The notes beneath the pieces are model-generated. The model saw nothing but the letters and a program-made list of their open reading frames with translations. It was not told the origin of the DNA and did no database searches. From the NCBI RefSeq assembly GCF_001194135.2, contig NC_068981.1, positions 130,627,803 through 130,691,802 of the forward strand: DNA of 64,000 bases. Reading direction: 5' to 3'. This DNA comes from Octopus bimaculoides. Taxonomy: Eukaryota. Positions 1 to 13,797 of the stretch are shown one piece after another (position 1 is the stretch's first letter; every line of letters starts with the position of its first letter). The position numbers and the translations under genes were made by a program.

Positions 1-174
1 AGTGACATGCACCCCTTTAACAAACTAAGCTGATCCATATTTTAGGGACTAAATTCAGTGCTCAAACTTGTAGCAGCCTGACTGAAGCTTTGATTATCTT
101 CATTTTCGTGAATTATTTCGAAAAGGGAGCATACTTGTAACTTCTGCATGTCCTTCTAGACTACAATGATTGTG

Positions 175-480
175 ATCATTATCCTCATTATTATTATTTA
201 ATATCCGTTTCCCATGCTGGCATGGGTTGGATAGTTTGACTGAGGACTGGCAAAGCCAGTAGGCTGCACCAGGCTCCAATCTGATCAGGCAGAGTTTCTA
301 CAGCTGGATGCCCCTCCTAACACCAACCACTCTGAGAGTGTAGTGGGTGCTTCTTATGTGCCACTGGCACAGGAGCCAGTCAGGAGGCACTGGCATCAAC
401 CATGTTTAGATGGTCCTTTTTTATGTGTCATTGGCACAGGAGCCAGTCAGGGGGTACTGGCATCAGTCTGAATATCTGAA
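175..480 (-). mobile_element. RTE 3' tail fragment
   Basis: TTTCCCATGCTGGCATGGGTTGGATAGTTTGACTGAGGACTGG..., the reverse complement of the common tail. Confidence 0.7.
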
Positions 481-3400
481 TTGATGTCTAGTGAAGGAAT
501 TCCCCAAGTTCGTGTAGGAACTTGAAGGCAAGAGGAAAGATATGAGACCCTGGTTGGAGGGTAGGATATCTCAAAAGCTAGTTCAGATGAAAAGCAGTAT
601 GATGCAGTAGCAATATGAGAGAGAGAGAGAGAGAGGAAAATAACATATGCCTGTGGACTAAAAGGTCGCTTGTAGGAGAATCTTTACCAATCAGTTGGTT
701 GACCTTGTTTTTGATGTGGTCTAGAATGTAGTGGCAGCATTATCCCAGATATCTGGCAAGTAAATCCATTAAGCACTCCATGATTCCATTAACTAACAAC
801 GCTGTTACCATATCACTCATCTGCATTTCAGTGTTCACTACCACCTCTACCAACACTTCTACTCACCTCCACCCCCCCCCACATCAAATCAGTCCCAATT
901 CTTTCCCTATCAATTATCTCCCTGTAGAAAAGAATTTGCCTTCATAGTTGTCTCCCTTACACCAATTCAATGATGGGATTCATGTGCATAGTGATAGCTC
1001 TAAAGGACTACATCTTTCACTGCAAATTTTCTTTGGTGAGCTGAGTGATAAAAAACAAACAAACAAAAAACTTTCTAGAATACACTCTCCTATTGAGAAA
1101 ATATTTCAAGGAATGTCTTAAGGCGATAGGTTTCAGTGTTGGAAGGATTTCAGCCAGTTTTTATGGAAGCAGAAACTGCACCAGACAACAATAAAATAAA
1201 TAAAAAAAAAGACTGCACTCTTAAATTTAAAAAAAAAAAAAAAATTTATACAAAACTTTGCTGCCAAATAAGAATGACTCATTATATGTATTAGGTGTGG
1301 CGTAATAAAATATGTGGTTCTACTGTTTGTAGTCAACATAAATTAGATATCACCATTTGATAGAATTTCTCCTCTGCTTCTTCTCTTAGTATCTGTCTCA
1401 CAACCCTGTAAATGATTACACAGGAATGTAGGACTAATTTGAAATATGCAAAGAGTGTGGGCTCTGTAATGAGACAAGTTTGTGCATGTTATTCTACTCT
1501 GTTATTGTGTTGCTGGACAATTCTATATCAACACTGGAATTCACAGAAACTGCTTAGATTCTGAGTAGTTTGTTGCATGCACTAACCACTGAGTCTTTCT
1601 CTGTGTTCTTACCAACTTATAATAAAGCAGTGAATTGTTAATGCTTCCTCTCACAGCCCCGAACATAATGCAGTGGTTATCTTTGCTTATAGAGACTGCT
1701 ACTACCAAATCAGTAACTACAAAGGATCTTCTATGAAGTTGCTTCACATGTTAGGAACAACAGACAAAATATATTTCAAATCATACTCCACCCCATCTCC
1801 CAGAAAAAAAGGACACTTCAGATAATGTAATCTTTAATATGCAGTTGGAATACTTTTGCTCATGGTAGTCTGGTCAATCAGAACTGACCCAGACCTAAAT
1901 ATCAGCAGCAACAACCTGTGACTACTTCACAAGTACAGCCAATACAGAACACTATAAATACCTCTATACAGCTACAATCAACTCAAACCAACGAAGGGAG
2001 CCCCCTACTTGGTTGCTTCATACACTAGAAATAGCAGTCAAATCTCCAACATATTACATCTTATTGCTTTAAAAAAGAAAGGATAGGTTGGGTAATGTAG
2101 TGCAGAGTATGCAGTTTCTGAAAATAAAAACAGGATACTGATGACATAATCATGGGCTTGCTGGATTGGATCAAACAATCATAATTTCAAACGTTTTTTT
2201 TTCTCTACAACTACACCCAACATAATCCACTGTAAATCTCTACTTTAGACACCTTTAGACAACTGCAACCTCTACCAGATATCTCTGCACCTCTACAATG
2301 ACCACAACAGTTACACTATCCACCGCTACTATGATCACTCACCTATCCACAGCCAGATACATGGGGCACAGAGTTAAATACAATAGCAAGGGAACAACAG
2401 TAACTACGTGCTGCCAACAATAGAATGTAAACCCATGTCTCTTTAACCAATCACTGTATACTGCATCTACTTGGCTATTCTCCCTTCTATACTGTAATGC
2501 TGTATGTTCTCCACAGTATCATGCCATACTTACCACCTTAGCATGCCAGCTAGCACAGTTGTCATAAAAATACCACCATAGCTCATGTCAAAGGTTGCCG
2601 ATCAGTTGTCAATTATTCATAAAGAGAAGAAGGCTGGTATGTTTGGTTGGAAATATTAAGTATGAGTATTAAAACAGAGTAAAATTAAGTGGGCAAACTA
2701 AGAAATTAATGTAGATGCCACTGTATAGTTGATCAACTTGCAAGAAATAGCAGCCAAATTTCCCTCAAATCATAGCCAGACAAGTCTTAGAAAAACACAG
2801 AGTGGTTGTGGTTGGAATACCTTTGATAATAGGTTTGCTCAGTTTAGGTTAACCTGGGGTTAAACAACAGCACAAAGAAACAACAGAATAAATTTGAGCT
2901 GTTTAAGTCAGTTTTACAAAAGTACTCTTCCGTGTGTTTTGAGGGTGGGGGTGGGGGAAGGGAAGGCAAATTATTTTAGTCAAATAGAAGGTAATTTTTT
3001 GCACAAGGTGCAGTAACGACTGTCTGGTTAAGAAGTTTGCTTCTTAACTCCATGTTTTTGCATTCAGTCCCACCATGTGGCAACTTGAGCGTCTTCTATT
3101 ATAGACCTGGGCAGACCAAAGCCTGGATTTGGGAGACAAACTGAATGTGTGTGTGTGTGTGTGTGCATTTATGTTTGTATGTCTGTGTGCTTTTATGAGG
3201 GAGTTCATATTTCCCCCCCATCTTCACTTGTATTTGCTGATTGTAGACAATCAAAGCAGTGTTGCTCATGCAGATGGTCCTATTTGTGTGCAGTCTACCA
3301 TGAAAACACATCAAAACATGTTCTTGACACGTACGATCTTTGTAAATGAAAGAGGAGAATCATTGTGCATCATTTGTTTCCAGTTCTCTGTGTGACTATG

Positions 3401-3809
3401 TCCAGGCTGTTGTCTGATAGACTGGGAAATTATTAACTTGCTTGGGTACAGATGGGGGTTGGCATCAAGAAGGACATCCAGTTGTAGAAAACCCTGCACC
3501 AAAATACTCTCATCTAACCCATGCAAGCATAGAAAAGCAGATGGTAGAAATGATGATTATAATGATTTCCTTATGGCGTCCCATCAAGATGTCCTTCTTT
3601 TAAGATATTTGCCTGAACTAGTCCTGTAGCAAAATCATACTGGAGCTTGATACATCATCAATCATGTTCAGCTTGTATTGTGATCTCAAATTCCACCAAG
3701 GTTGCCTTTCAGGGCTGATATAATAAGGACCAGTTGAACACTGAGTCAATATAATTGACTTAACTTTCTCATAAAATTGCTGGCCTTGTACCAAAATTCA
3801 AACCCATAC

Positions 3810-3854
<45 letters not shown>

Positions 3855-3864
3855 ATGATTGCAC

Positions 3865-4453
3865 CACTGCTCTCCTTCAATCAGGCAGGCAACGCAATTT
3901 TGCTTTGTCTGGTGGCTGTGGCAAAACAGGTTGTTTGGTGGGCAAAGCTGAAAGGTATGAGGCCAGATACATCCTTCTTTGGTAGAGCTCTCATTGACTT
4001 TTTCAAGTTTCACTTGAAAAGGAAATTGAGAGTAGAGAGGGAAGTGCTGTCCTCGAGTGAGTTTATTGAAAGGTGGGTGAAAGTTGCGAAAATGGCAAGA
4101 GTGGGTGGTACCTCTCTAAGTGTAGACTTGTGAGTCAGAGAGAAGAAATTAGAGAGGGCACTTGCTCATAGTGTTTCAGGAAAATCTCAGACAGTGGGGT
4201 TCCCTGGTTATCCCTAGAGGTGTTCCTGCATCAGGAGGACCACATCTCTATCATCCTCCCCACTCCCCCCTTTTTTTAACCTTTGTATGCTATGCATGTC
4301 TCTTCTTTTCCAGTGTATACCATGTATACCTTTTTTTTTTTTATCATTTCATTATTATATGTAAACATCCCACACTTTATGTCTGTCTCTGTATTGTCCC
4401 CCTCATCCTTCACCCCTGTGGCAAATAAATGAAATCATCATCATCATCATCAT
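3865..4453 (+). mobile_element. Tx1/L1-clade-like LINE 3' fragment
   Basis: LCLVAVAKQVVWWAKLKG...FFKFHLKRKLRVEREVLSSSEFIERW resembles the Tx1 ORF2 C-terminus. Pyrimidine-rich 3' UTR, AATAAA at 4424-4429 and an (ATC)n tail. Confidence 0.55.
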
Positions 4454-4469
4454 TATTATTATTACTATG

Positions 4470-4657
4470 GTAGCAAGGTGGGAGAATTGTTAGCATGCTA
4501 GGCAAAATGGTTAGTGGCATTTCATCTGTCCATACTTTGTTGACTTTGCCTTTCATCCTTTTGGGGTTGATAAATTAAGTACCAGTGAAACACTGGGGTT
4601 GATGTCATTGACTAGTCTCCTCCCCAGAAATTTCAGGCCTGTGCTTTAGTAGAAAGG

Positions 4658-4701
<44 letters not shown>

Positions 4702-5160
4702 CACTAAGGCTGTAGGAAGGTGGTGAGCTAGCAGAATCATTAGCACGCTGGGCAAAATGCTAGGCAGCATTTCATCCATCTTTACATTCTCAATTCAAAT
4801 TCTGCCAAGGTCAGCTTTGTCTGTCATTGTTTTGGGGTCAATAAACTAAGTACCAGTTGAACACTGAGGTTGATGTAATTGGCTTATGACCTCCCTGAAC
4901 TTGTTGGCCTTGTGCCAAAAATTCGAAATCATTATTAAGGCAGTGGGCTGGCAGAATTGTCAGCAGATCAGACAAAATGCTTAGCAGTATCTCTTTCAGC
5001 TCTTTATGTTCTGAGTTCAAGTCCTGCCAAGGTCAACTTTGCCTTTCATCCTTTTGGGGTCAATAAAATAAGTACCAGTTGAACACTGGGGTCGATGTAA
5101 TCAAATAGCCCCTACCTTCCGAAATTCCAGGCCTTGTGCCTGTAACAGAAAGGGTTATCC
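4470..5160 (+). mobile_element. Three tandem copies of tRNA-like SINE family B separated by (ATT)n
   Basis: Repeated GAGCTRGCAGAAT..TTAGCA...TTCAAATYCTGCC.AGGTCAACTTTGCCTTTCATCC...TAAGTACCAGT units. Other copies at ~24185-24330 (-) and ~48445-48635 (-). Confidence 0.75.
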
Positions 5161-6061
5161 TTATCATGATATTCGAAAGAGCATCCACCTTTAGAAACCA
5201 TGCCAAAGGCGATGTGGAGCATGTTACAGCCCGATGACTCACCAGATCTTGTCAAGTGATCCAATCCATGCCAGCATGGAAAAGAGGCAATACATAATTA
5301 TGACGATGGTTGTGAATAGGCAAAATTATTAATACTGGAAAAAATAGCTTGTGGTATTTGTAGCTCTTTACATTCTGTGTCCAAATCCTGCTGAGGTCAA
5401 ATCTACCGTAAGACCTAAACCACATCTCTTAAAAATTGCTGGTCTTGTGTCTACAGCAGACACAATTATTTAGTGAAATGTATTAAAATTCTAAAATTTA
5501 TATACGTATAAAAAAAAAAAAAAAATTCCTATCCAAATTGCAATAGCAGGAAATGTCACTAGTTTATATTAGCAACAAAGATGAGAGACAGAAGAAATAA
5601 ATATGCAGACTAAGGAATATAATTGTCAATAAAATTTGTCAACTTAGACAAATTAAATTAAGATTTAATATGTGGGCCAGAGCTAAGAGCAGAGTAGGAG
5701 TTTCTACACAGTCGACATTCTTTGTCTGTAAATTACACAATAACCAGTATTCCTTCATGTGCACAAACAGCACAAGATGTAGTTATTATACTTCCTTAGG
5801 TTAAAGTTACCTTTTAGAAGAGAAATTTGCTGCAGTTGACTCACTGAAGTTCCTCAACTGCAGAAGGTATAGAACAGATAAATTTCTTAATCTTAGCTAT
5901 CATCTCCATCCACTTCACAACTCAGAGTTGTCATACATCAAGATACTCTGAGTTTGGCCTCAGCTATGATGGCTAAAAAAAAATACTGGAGAACCTTGAC
6001 ACATTTTACATGAGCAGTTTGTGTAGCATTTGTGATTCTTTTTCTTTTTCTCTTCTTATAG

Positions 6062-6090
6062 GTCACTATCTAAATGTGCACCCCTTCTGA
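6062..6090 (+). CDS. Candidate short terminal exon of a plus-strand gene entering from the left
   Basis: Very strong polypyrimidine acceptor ttctttttctttttctcttcttatAG at 6060-6061. Phase-1 reading (G)HYLNVHPF*; all frames stop quickly. AATAAA at 6797-6802. Confidence 0.3.
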
Positions 6091-6164
6091 ATTATCGAAT
6101 TTAACCTTGCAAGTCTTTAAAAATAATTGTAAATTTTACAGGGTTTCTGATACTGCTCAATCAT

Positions 6165-6250
6165 TTAGTGTTTAAACTGGCCATATCCAGTCCCAATATT
6201 CTATCTGTTTTATGTTCATCACACCTGCCCTACAAAGTCATTCCAGAAAG

Positions 6251-6285
<35 letters not shown>

Positions 6286-6386
6286 CATCTTTGAAATTTC
6301 GAAGCTACAAGATAATGCACGATTAATTCAAAACAATATGAATGAATAAGCATTACATATGACAGAGAAACCTGAATGCTAAAGGG
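6165..6386. mobile_element. piggyBac-type MITE copy, left end eroded, internal poly(A) expansion
   Basis: Ends GAATGCTAAAGGG-TTAA; interior similar to 62738-62961. Confidence 0.55.
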
Positions 6387-8769
6387 TTAAGGCAGTGGTT
6401 CTTGGTGCCTTTTGTTGCTTAGTATCTAATCCCTTTTCAGCAAATGGTGTTTTAAAATGACCTCCTTTGCATGTTTTGACTCCACCCCTGTAAAAAAAAA
6501 AGTGGGGTGGGAAACGAATTTTGAGTTATGATTTATTACCCATATTTACTTATACTACCTAATCTAGAACATTACCTTTTTTTTAGATTAGTGATTTACC
6601 CTAGTTAAAATTTTTATGGTAATTAATAAAGAAAGTCAGGATTTATAATAAAATTACATTGGACCTTAGCACATCATCAGTCATGTTTCTACTGACCAAT
6701 AACACAATGTCTGACACATATTTTAATTGCAACAAAGGTGCATTAAAAATGCATTTGAAATATAAATATAGTAATTGGTTTCGCTATTTTATTTTTAATA
6801 AAAACCACAATCTCTAAAAGTCACAACGTCTAATGTTCTTTCTTGACGCTCACAAAGACATACAAAAGGGACACTACCATCTAAGTCAAGATTCACTATC
6901 CCATAGAAAAAAAGATTATGCCATCCTGTGATACCTGTCTACAATCAGCTTAATTAAGACACTGAGATTTTAAAATTTGATGGCTAATAGATACAGCACA
7001 TTGCAGGTGACAGGATACTAATAGCCAGTACTTCAGTTGCTAAGTCTATCAGTCCACCTGCAACAACATTCAGTATAACATAATAGGTACTGATGGATAC
7101 AGGGACTGTTGGGTGTTTTAATAATCAGGTGAGGTTGAGAAAAACTAGTAATGAATAAAAGAATGTTTAAGAGTGGATCAAGAACTGGAAGTTATCTCCT
7201 CCTGTTTTTTCATTTTATTTTTTTTCATTTTATCTAGTTTCAGCTCATGAGCTGTGGCCATGCTGTTTCATCACTATAATTAACTGAACAGGAAGGTGAG
7301 CCTCATTAACTGTTTTCACTTAATCAAGTAGGGAACACACACATACAAAAAAGAAAAACCCTTAAAAAAAAATTAAAAAACACCACCAGCATAATTCTTT
7401 TACATCAAACCAATATATACATATATAAGTATAAATGAGAATATAATCATTATTTATTTGTTCATTTTACATCCATCTTTTCATGATACCATGGGTTAAA
7501 AGAATACATATTGGAGGTATTACTTTACAACCAAGGTATCTTTTCTGTCATTGACCTCGACATGTTTTTCAAGTAATGGTCTTTTTTTTATTTTTTTTAT
7601 TCCATTCATTTTCAATAGGCACAGCACTAGGAGACAATTTATTAGCAAGTAATGTCAACGAAAGACACTATTTTTTTTGCGCAAAGCTTTTCATTGGTAG
7701 AATATAAACATTCATTCATGCAGTCACAAACACATAAAGCTTCCATGCAGTTACCACCTTCCAATTTCACTCACAAGGCATGGGCTGGCCCAAAGCTGAA
7801 GTAGAAGTCACTTGCATAAAGTGTCATGCGGTGAGATAGAACTCAAGATTCAATAGCAACAAAGTAAACTGTGTAGCCACCCATCCATGTCTGCATCATC
7901 ATCATCATCATAATTTTAAGGTCCACTTTTCCATGCTTGCATAGGCTGGATGTCCTTCCTGTTACTAACCCATACCTGTTTCCAAGTCAGGTAATATTCC
8001 CCTGTGGTCAGTTATGTTTCTGCTGAACAGTGGAAATGAATGATATTCAATCACATTACATGATGTTACAACGACATACACGCACAAATGTGACAGGTGT
8101 CTTTCAGCCTTCATCCACCAAATCCACTTTAAGTAAAAGACACTTTCCCTAAGGTACCACACAGTGAGACTGAACCTGAAACTAAGTGGTTGGGAAGCAA
8201 ACTTCTTAACTGCAAAGCCATGCCTGCTCCAATATATATATTGATGGAAATACATACATGTACCTGCATGAATACATGCAAATACATGTGTACATATGAA
8301 GTTATACATAAACATGCATTTGTAAAGGTACATACATGTGCAAACGTATGCATAAACATATTATGTACAGATAGTACCCATGTAAATATACAAACATACA
8401 AAGTTATAAACATGTGTAAATGAATACATACATAATATAAAAATGCATACACATGCATGCCACTTATTTGAACCTCAAGGGTGTGCCCTGGCACTTGCCA
8501 CTAACTATATCTCTCTCATCCTTTACTCAACCATCTCATTTATACTCTGATCCCCCATTCCTTGTGAGCATGTCCGAGATTTTGCCATCATCTCCATCCT
8601 GTGGTCTCTCACTCTTTCTCCTCCTTCTGCACTTCCCACAAGTTGGCAACTGTGTATCTTCTTTGCAGTAGCACATCTGTTTCTGTCTTCATCCTTGATC
8701 TTTCTCTCCCTGGCCAAGTAACCTTGTATTTCCTCTTCAGCAAGACACCTATATATCTCTCACTATAAC

Positions 8770-9116
8770 CTTTTCATCATCACTTCCTCCAATGCCTCCT
8801 TCCCTCTTAAAAGTTTTTGTCTTGCAAGTACTTGGTGACCCTGTCAGTGCAGATGCCACCTAAAAGCACCCAGTCTACCCTGTAAAGTGGTTGGTGTTCG
8901 GAAGGGCATCCAGCTGTAAAAACCATGCCAAAACTGACCTCACCCGCGTTTGTGCCACATAAAAAGCACTAAGTCCACTCTGCTGAGTGGTTGGTGTTAG
9001 GAAGGGCATCCAGCTGTAAAAATCCTGCCAAAACAGTCGCAGAAGTCTGGTGCAGGCTTCAACCTGGGCGGCTCTTGTGGTACTGTCTCACCCATGCTAG
9101 CATGCAAGATGGACAT

Positions 9117-9149
<33 letters not shown>

Positions 9150-9150
9150 T
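8770..9150 (+). mobile_element. RTE-related 3' UTR and tail with (GAT)n
   Basis: Two AAGGGCATCCAGCTGTAAAA repeats, CCCATGCTAGCATG and a (GAT)n tail. Confidence 0.6.
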
Positions 9151-9837
9151 ATTCATATTGAGCTATACATCAACATACATAGAATTATCTATGTATGTGT
9201 ACATGAAAACATATAAATATATGTATTCATATGAACTGAAGTATATCAACAGTGAATCTGCTGGGGTGTTAGCGAAGCGGACAAAATTTCAGGATTCCAG
9301 AGGGGGAAAAATTTAGGAATTGCAATGGGAAAATTTGATTTTAGGTAGAAAAACACTTTCTCATCATTCATACTGTTTTTGAGAGAGCATTTTCCTTAAT
9401 GTTGATTTTAAAAGATACTAAAACTGAATTTATATCAAGCTGTTAATGTTATGTAATGTAATAAATTGTACTGAATCCAGTGAAAAGTGGTGGGGGATGG
9501 AGGTATCAGGATGGTAACCAAGGAAAATACAAGGAAGGAAAATGGGGGGAGGGGGATTAAGAAATGCACAGATCTGTATTACATATACTTTACTGTTGAT
9601 AAAACAGTTACCAGGTTTCCAGATTCTCATTGTTAATGGAAGTTGCAGATTAGATCACAGGTAGGTGTTACTAAGGTTACCAGCTGACAGAATGAAAATA
9701 TATGTGCATGTGTGTGTGTAAAAGGGTCACTAATAGAACTATAGAATGTAGGTAAGAGTGAGTTTCTGCGGGCTTGTGCAAAATTATAAGAACTGTGAAT
9801 TGAAAACAGCAGTTCTAACTAACTCATAACACATTTT

Positions 9838-9864
9838 ATGTATATATGTGTGTGTGTGTGTGTG

Positions 9865-9895
<31 letters not shown>

Positions 9896-10107
9896 ACATA
9901 TATATACACACACACACACACACATATATATATACACACACACACACATATATATACACACACACACACACACACATATATATACATATATATATATATA
10001 CACACATACATATATATATATACACATACATATATATATATATACACACACACATATATATATATACACACACACACATATATATATACACACACACATA
10101 TATATAT

Positions 10108-10182
<75 letters not shown>

Positions 10183-10195
10183 TATATATATATAT
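9838..10195. repeat. Compound (TG)/(TATC)/(TA)/(CA) microsatellite
   Basis: Direct reading. Source of the spurious HTHIY/CVYI ORFs. Similar tracts near 11205, 12057, 13700, 40750-41250, 50480, 52370, 57870-58400 and 59180-59700. Confidence 0.95.
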
Positions 10196-10790
10196 CATCA
10201 TCATCATCATTGTTTAATGTCCGCTTTCCATGCTGGCATGTGTTGGACGATTTGACTGAGGACTGGCGAACCAGATGGCTGCACTAGGCTCCAATCTGAT
10301 CTGGCAGAGTTTCTATAGCTGGTTGCCCTTCCTAATACCAACCACTGCGAGAGTGTAATGGGTGCTTTTATGTGCTACCGGCACGAGGGCCAGTCAGGCA
10401 GTACTGGCAACGGCCACATTGAAATGGTGTATTTTACATGCCACCTGCACAGGAGCCAGTCCAGCGGCACTGGCAACGACCTCACTCGAATATTTTTTCA
10501 CGTGCCACCAAAGTCCACTAAGGTGACACTGGTAATGATCATGCTCAAATGTTGCTTTTTATGTGCCACCGGCATGGAAGCCAGTCAGCTGCTCTTAGCG
10601 CTCCACCAGCACGGATGCCAGTCATCAAATTTGATTTCGATTTCACTAGCCTCAACAGGTCTTCGCAAGCAGAGTTTAGTGTCCAATGAAGGAAAGGTAT
10701 GCATAAGTGGGGTGGTTACACCTCTGGCATAGGCCATGGGTTATGGTCTCACTTGGCTTGCTGGGTCTTCCCAAGCACAGCATATTTCCA
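10195..10790 (-). mobile_element. RTE LINE 3' UTR and tail, inverted, abutting the Tc1 fragment
   Basis: (CAT)n followed by the reverse complement of the tail seen at 12000-12050; ends with the reverse of WKYAV..KT.QA. Confidence 0.75.
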
Positions 10791-11203
10791 TTGAAAATTT
10801 GTGGCATTATTTGAAATTTAAAATTCATTCAAGAGCCCCAATGTGCATTCCAGATTTGAAGAAAATTTGTCAAGAAGAATGGGAAAAAATTCCTAAAGAG
10901 ACCTACCAGTCATTGATTAAGAACTACAAGAAGATATTGGTTGAAGTGGAACTGAATAATGGTTATGCTACGAAGTATTAAATCAGAATTATCAGTTATT
11001 TATGTTCTGTAGGAATACTTTTTTCAACCCTAAATATTTATATTTGTATATAAATTCATTAGTTACTATAATTTATTAGTTTCTTTTGCATATTCTTAGT
11101 TTATGTATGTGTATGCAAATATAGTATTCGTATATCCCATTTATGTTCATTAGAAAGTAAATAAAGAATTTTGACATGTATGAATATTTATTTCCCCCCA
11201 CTG
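10788..11203 (+). mobile_element. Tc1-family transposon 3' fragment with right TIR
   Basis: IENLWHYLKFKIHSRAP...EEWEKIP...GYATKY* (stop ends at 10981) is the typical Tc1 C-terminus. Ends ...TTTCCCCCCACTG followed by TA. Confidence 0.8.
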
Positions 11204-11233
11204 TATATACACATATATATATACATATATAGA

Positions 11234-11282
<49 letters not shown>

Positions 11283-11322
11283 ACATATATCTATATATGT
11301 ATATATATATATATATATATAT

Positions 11323-12053
11323 GTGCATACTCGACAGAGTGTAAGTACCTTCAGAGAAAAGTTGAACCTAAGAAGCATCAGTTGTGGTGTGCAAGAGAGA
11401 CGGTTGTGCTGGTATGATCATGTGGCAAGAACGGATGAGGATAGCTATGTGAAAAAGTGCCGCACTCTAGCGGTTGAGGGAACCTGTGGGAGAGGTAGAC
11501 CCAGGAAGACCTGGGATGAGGTAGTGAAGCACGACCTTCGAACATTAGGCCTTACTGAAGCAATGACTTGTGACCGAGACCTTTGGAAATATGCTGTGCG
11601 TGAGAAGACCCAGCAAGCCAAGTGCCATCAAAATTGTGATGGCACCTGTACCAGCTGGCTGGCTTCCGTGCCAGTGGCATGTAAATAGCTCCATTTGAGC
11701 GTGATCGTTACCAGCATTGACTTACTGGCACTTGTGCTGGTGGCATGTGAAAAAACACTCGAGCGAGGTTGTTGCCAGTGCCATTGGACTGGCTCCTGTG
11801 CAGGTGGGACGTAAACTACACCATTTTGAGCGCGGCCGTTGCCAGTACTGCCTGATTGGCCTTCATGCTGGTGGTACGTAAAAGCACCCACTACACTCTT
11901 GGAGTGGTTGGTGTTAGGAAGGGCATCCAGCTGTAGAAACTCTAAATCAGATTGGAGTCTGGTGTAGCCATCTGGTTTCACCAGTCCTCAGTCAAATCAT
12001 CCAACCCATGCTAGCATGGAAAGCGGACGTTAAACGATGATGATGATGGATGA

Positions 12054-12057
<4 letters not shown>
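11323..12057 (+). mobile_element. RTE-clade LINE 3' end (ORF C-terminus, 3' UTR, (GAT)n tail)
   Basis: RRLCWYDHVARTDEDSYVKKC...GRGRPRKTWDEVVKHDL; tail GCATGGAAAGCGGACGTTAAACGATGATG. Confidence 0.85.
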
Positions 12058-12125
<68 letters not shown>

Positions 12126-12344
12126 ACAAATATCTGTATATGCATATATATTTCCTCTTGACAATGGTCTTTTCAGTCTCGTGTCTGGTCCCAGCATGGC
12201 ATCAAAAAGCAAACAAAAATTGCTGTGTACTTTGCTTGTGTACTGGCATCACTCCTTTACTCATGTGAGACATGGACCCTTTACAAACGTCATATAAGGG
12301 TCCTTAAATGCTTTCATTAGAGATATATATATATGCATATATAT

Positions 12345-12890
12345 GTTGGCTGGACCTTAAAAGCTCCAGACACACAAGTCCTGAGGACAGTTGATATCTT
12401 GAGTATTGAGGTGATGGTGTACAAGCACCAGTTACGTTGGACTGAACACCTTATTAGAATGAAGGATAGCAGGATCCCTAAGCAGATGCTATATGCAGAA
12501 CTTGTGAATGGAAAGAGACTATGGCAGAAACCCAGGCTGTGATTTAAGGACTGTGTCAAGTCCTCATTAAAGGCCTGTGATATGCTGGAGACTGACTGGG
12601 AGAACAATGCTTGTCATTGCCAAAGATGGAGGAGCAGGTTAAGGAAGAAGTTGACACTTTTGAGAGAGCATGTATTCTGCATGAAGAACTTAAGCATGCT
12701 TCTCAAAAGCACACTGCTGGTGTAGTGAATAGGAAAAGCTTGGTTTGCAATGTTTCCAGTCATGTATGCTTGTCAAGAGCAGGGCTCATTAGCCACCAAC
12801 GGAGCCGCAAATGCAAAATATAAGTTAGTCCTAGAGCGCACAATGTTTCTGAAGGTCAGCAATGGTTTTCTTTGGTCATGAGTGGATGGC
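12345..12890 (+). mobile_element. Second RTE/BovB-like LINE 3' fragment with a C-terminal C2H2-like knuckle
   Basis: HQLRWTEHLIRMKDSRIPKQMLYAELVNGKR...PRL*FKDCVKSSLKAC, then LVCNVSSHVCLSRAGLISHQRS. Confidence 0.75.
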
Positions 12891-13758
12891 CATCATATAT
12901 ACGTGTGCGTGTGCGTGTGTGTGTGTGTGTGTGTTTCAGCAGGTGTTCCTACTCAAAACTCAGAACATAGCTGAATGCCTGTCATTTTCCCATCAGACAC
13001 TATGGAGTCACGAAATTACACCTCAAACATTATAAAATATACAAACAAAACAAAATAAAATAAAATATAAACAAAAAAATAAATAAAAGAAACAATTGAG
13101 AAACAATTCTGTATCAAAATCTGAAAAGTAGTTGCAACCAATTTCTGACTGATACATGGTAAGATTTTGTGAGGCTTGTTACTTTAATATAGCATACTAT
13201 TACGCAATAGTAATTAGTACAAAAGGTTGTAGTCTAGACTTTTAATTATTGCTACCACTAAGTGTTGACTGGGAATGCTTTTAATTGGCTTCAGTTTTCA
13301 TCAAAACTAATTACAACCGATGGTCAAGTGATAGAAGTTAGCCAATGATACAATCTTGATATTAAACTACCGTTCTTCATGGTCTGAGTGGTTTCCACTG
13401 ACTTACTATATGAGTCAACACTTCAGCAGACGTCTAGATATATCTGAATCACTTCAACTTGACAATTCTAGCAGGTTGGGGAAGGAAAAAAAAAGATAAA
13501 TAAATGAAAATCAACAAATAAATCTTAGAAATTCCATTTATTTAAAACACTACAAATTTATCAAGAAAAAAATTTTTTTTTTAATGTCTAGACATTCAAT
13601 TAGGGTAATGCTGGCATTTGCTGAAGAACATTATTAGTTTCAATTAGGATACAGAGTGACCATTGTCAAGAGGAATTATATATAATATGTATATATTATA
13701 TACATAAACACACACATATATATATATACTCACACCCACACACATACATATTTATACA

Positions 13759-13797
<39 letters not shown>

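Noticed and set aside
928-1035. 108-nt plus-strand exon candidate (KRICLHSCLPY...CKFSL) with AG and GTGAGC boundaries
   Set aside because: Open in one frame only, peptide unrecognisable and no partner exon identified; kept only as a possibility.
9838-10287. Long ORFs rich in HTHIY/CVYI
   Set aside because: Translations of TA/CA microsatellites; no coding signal.
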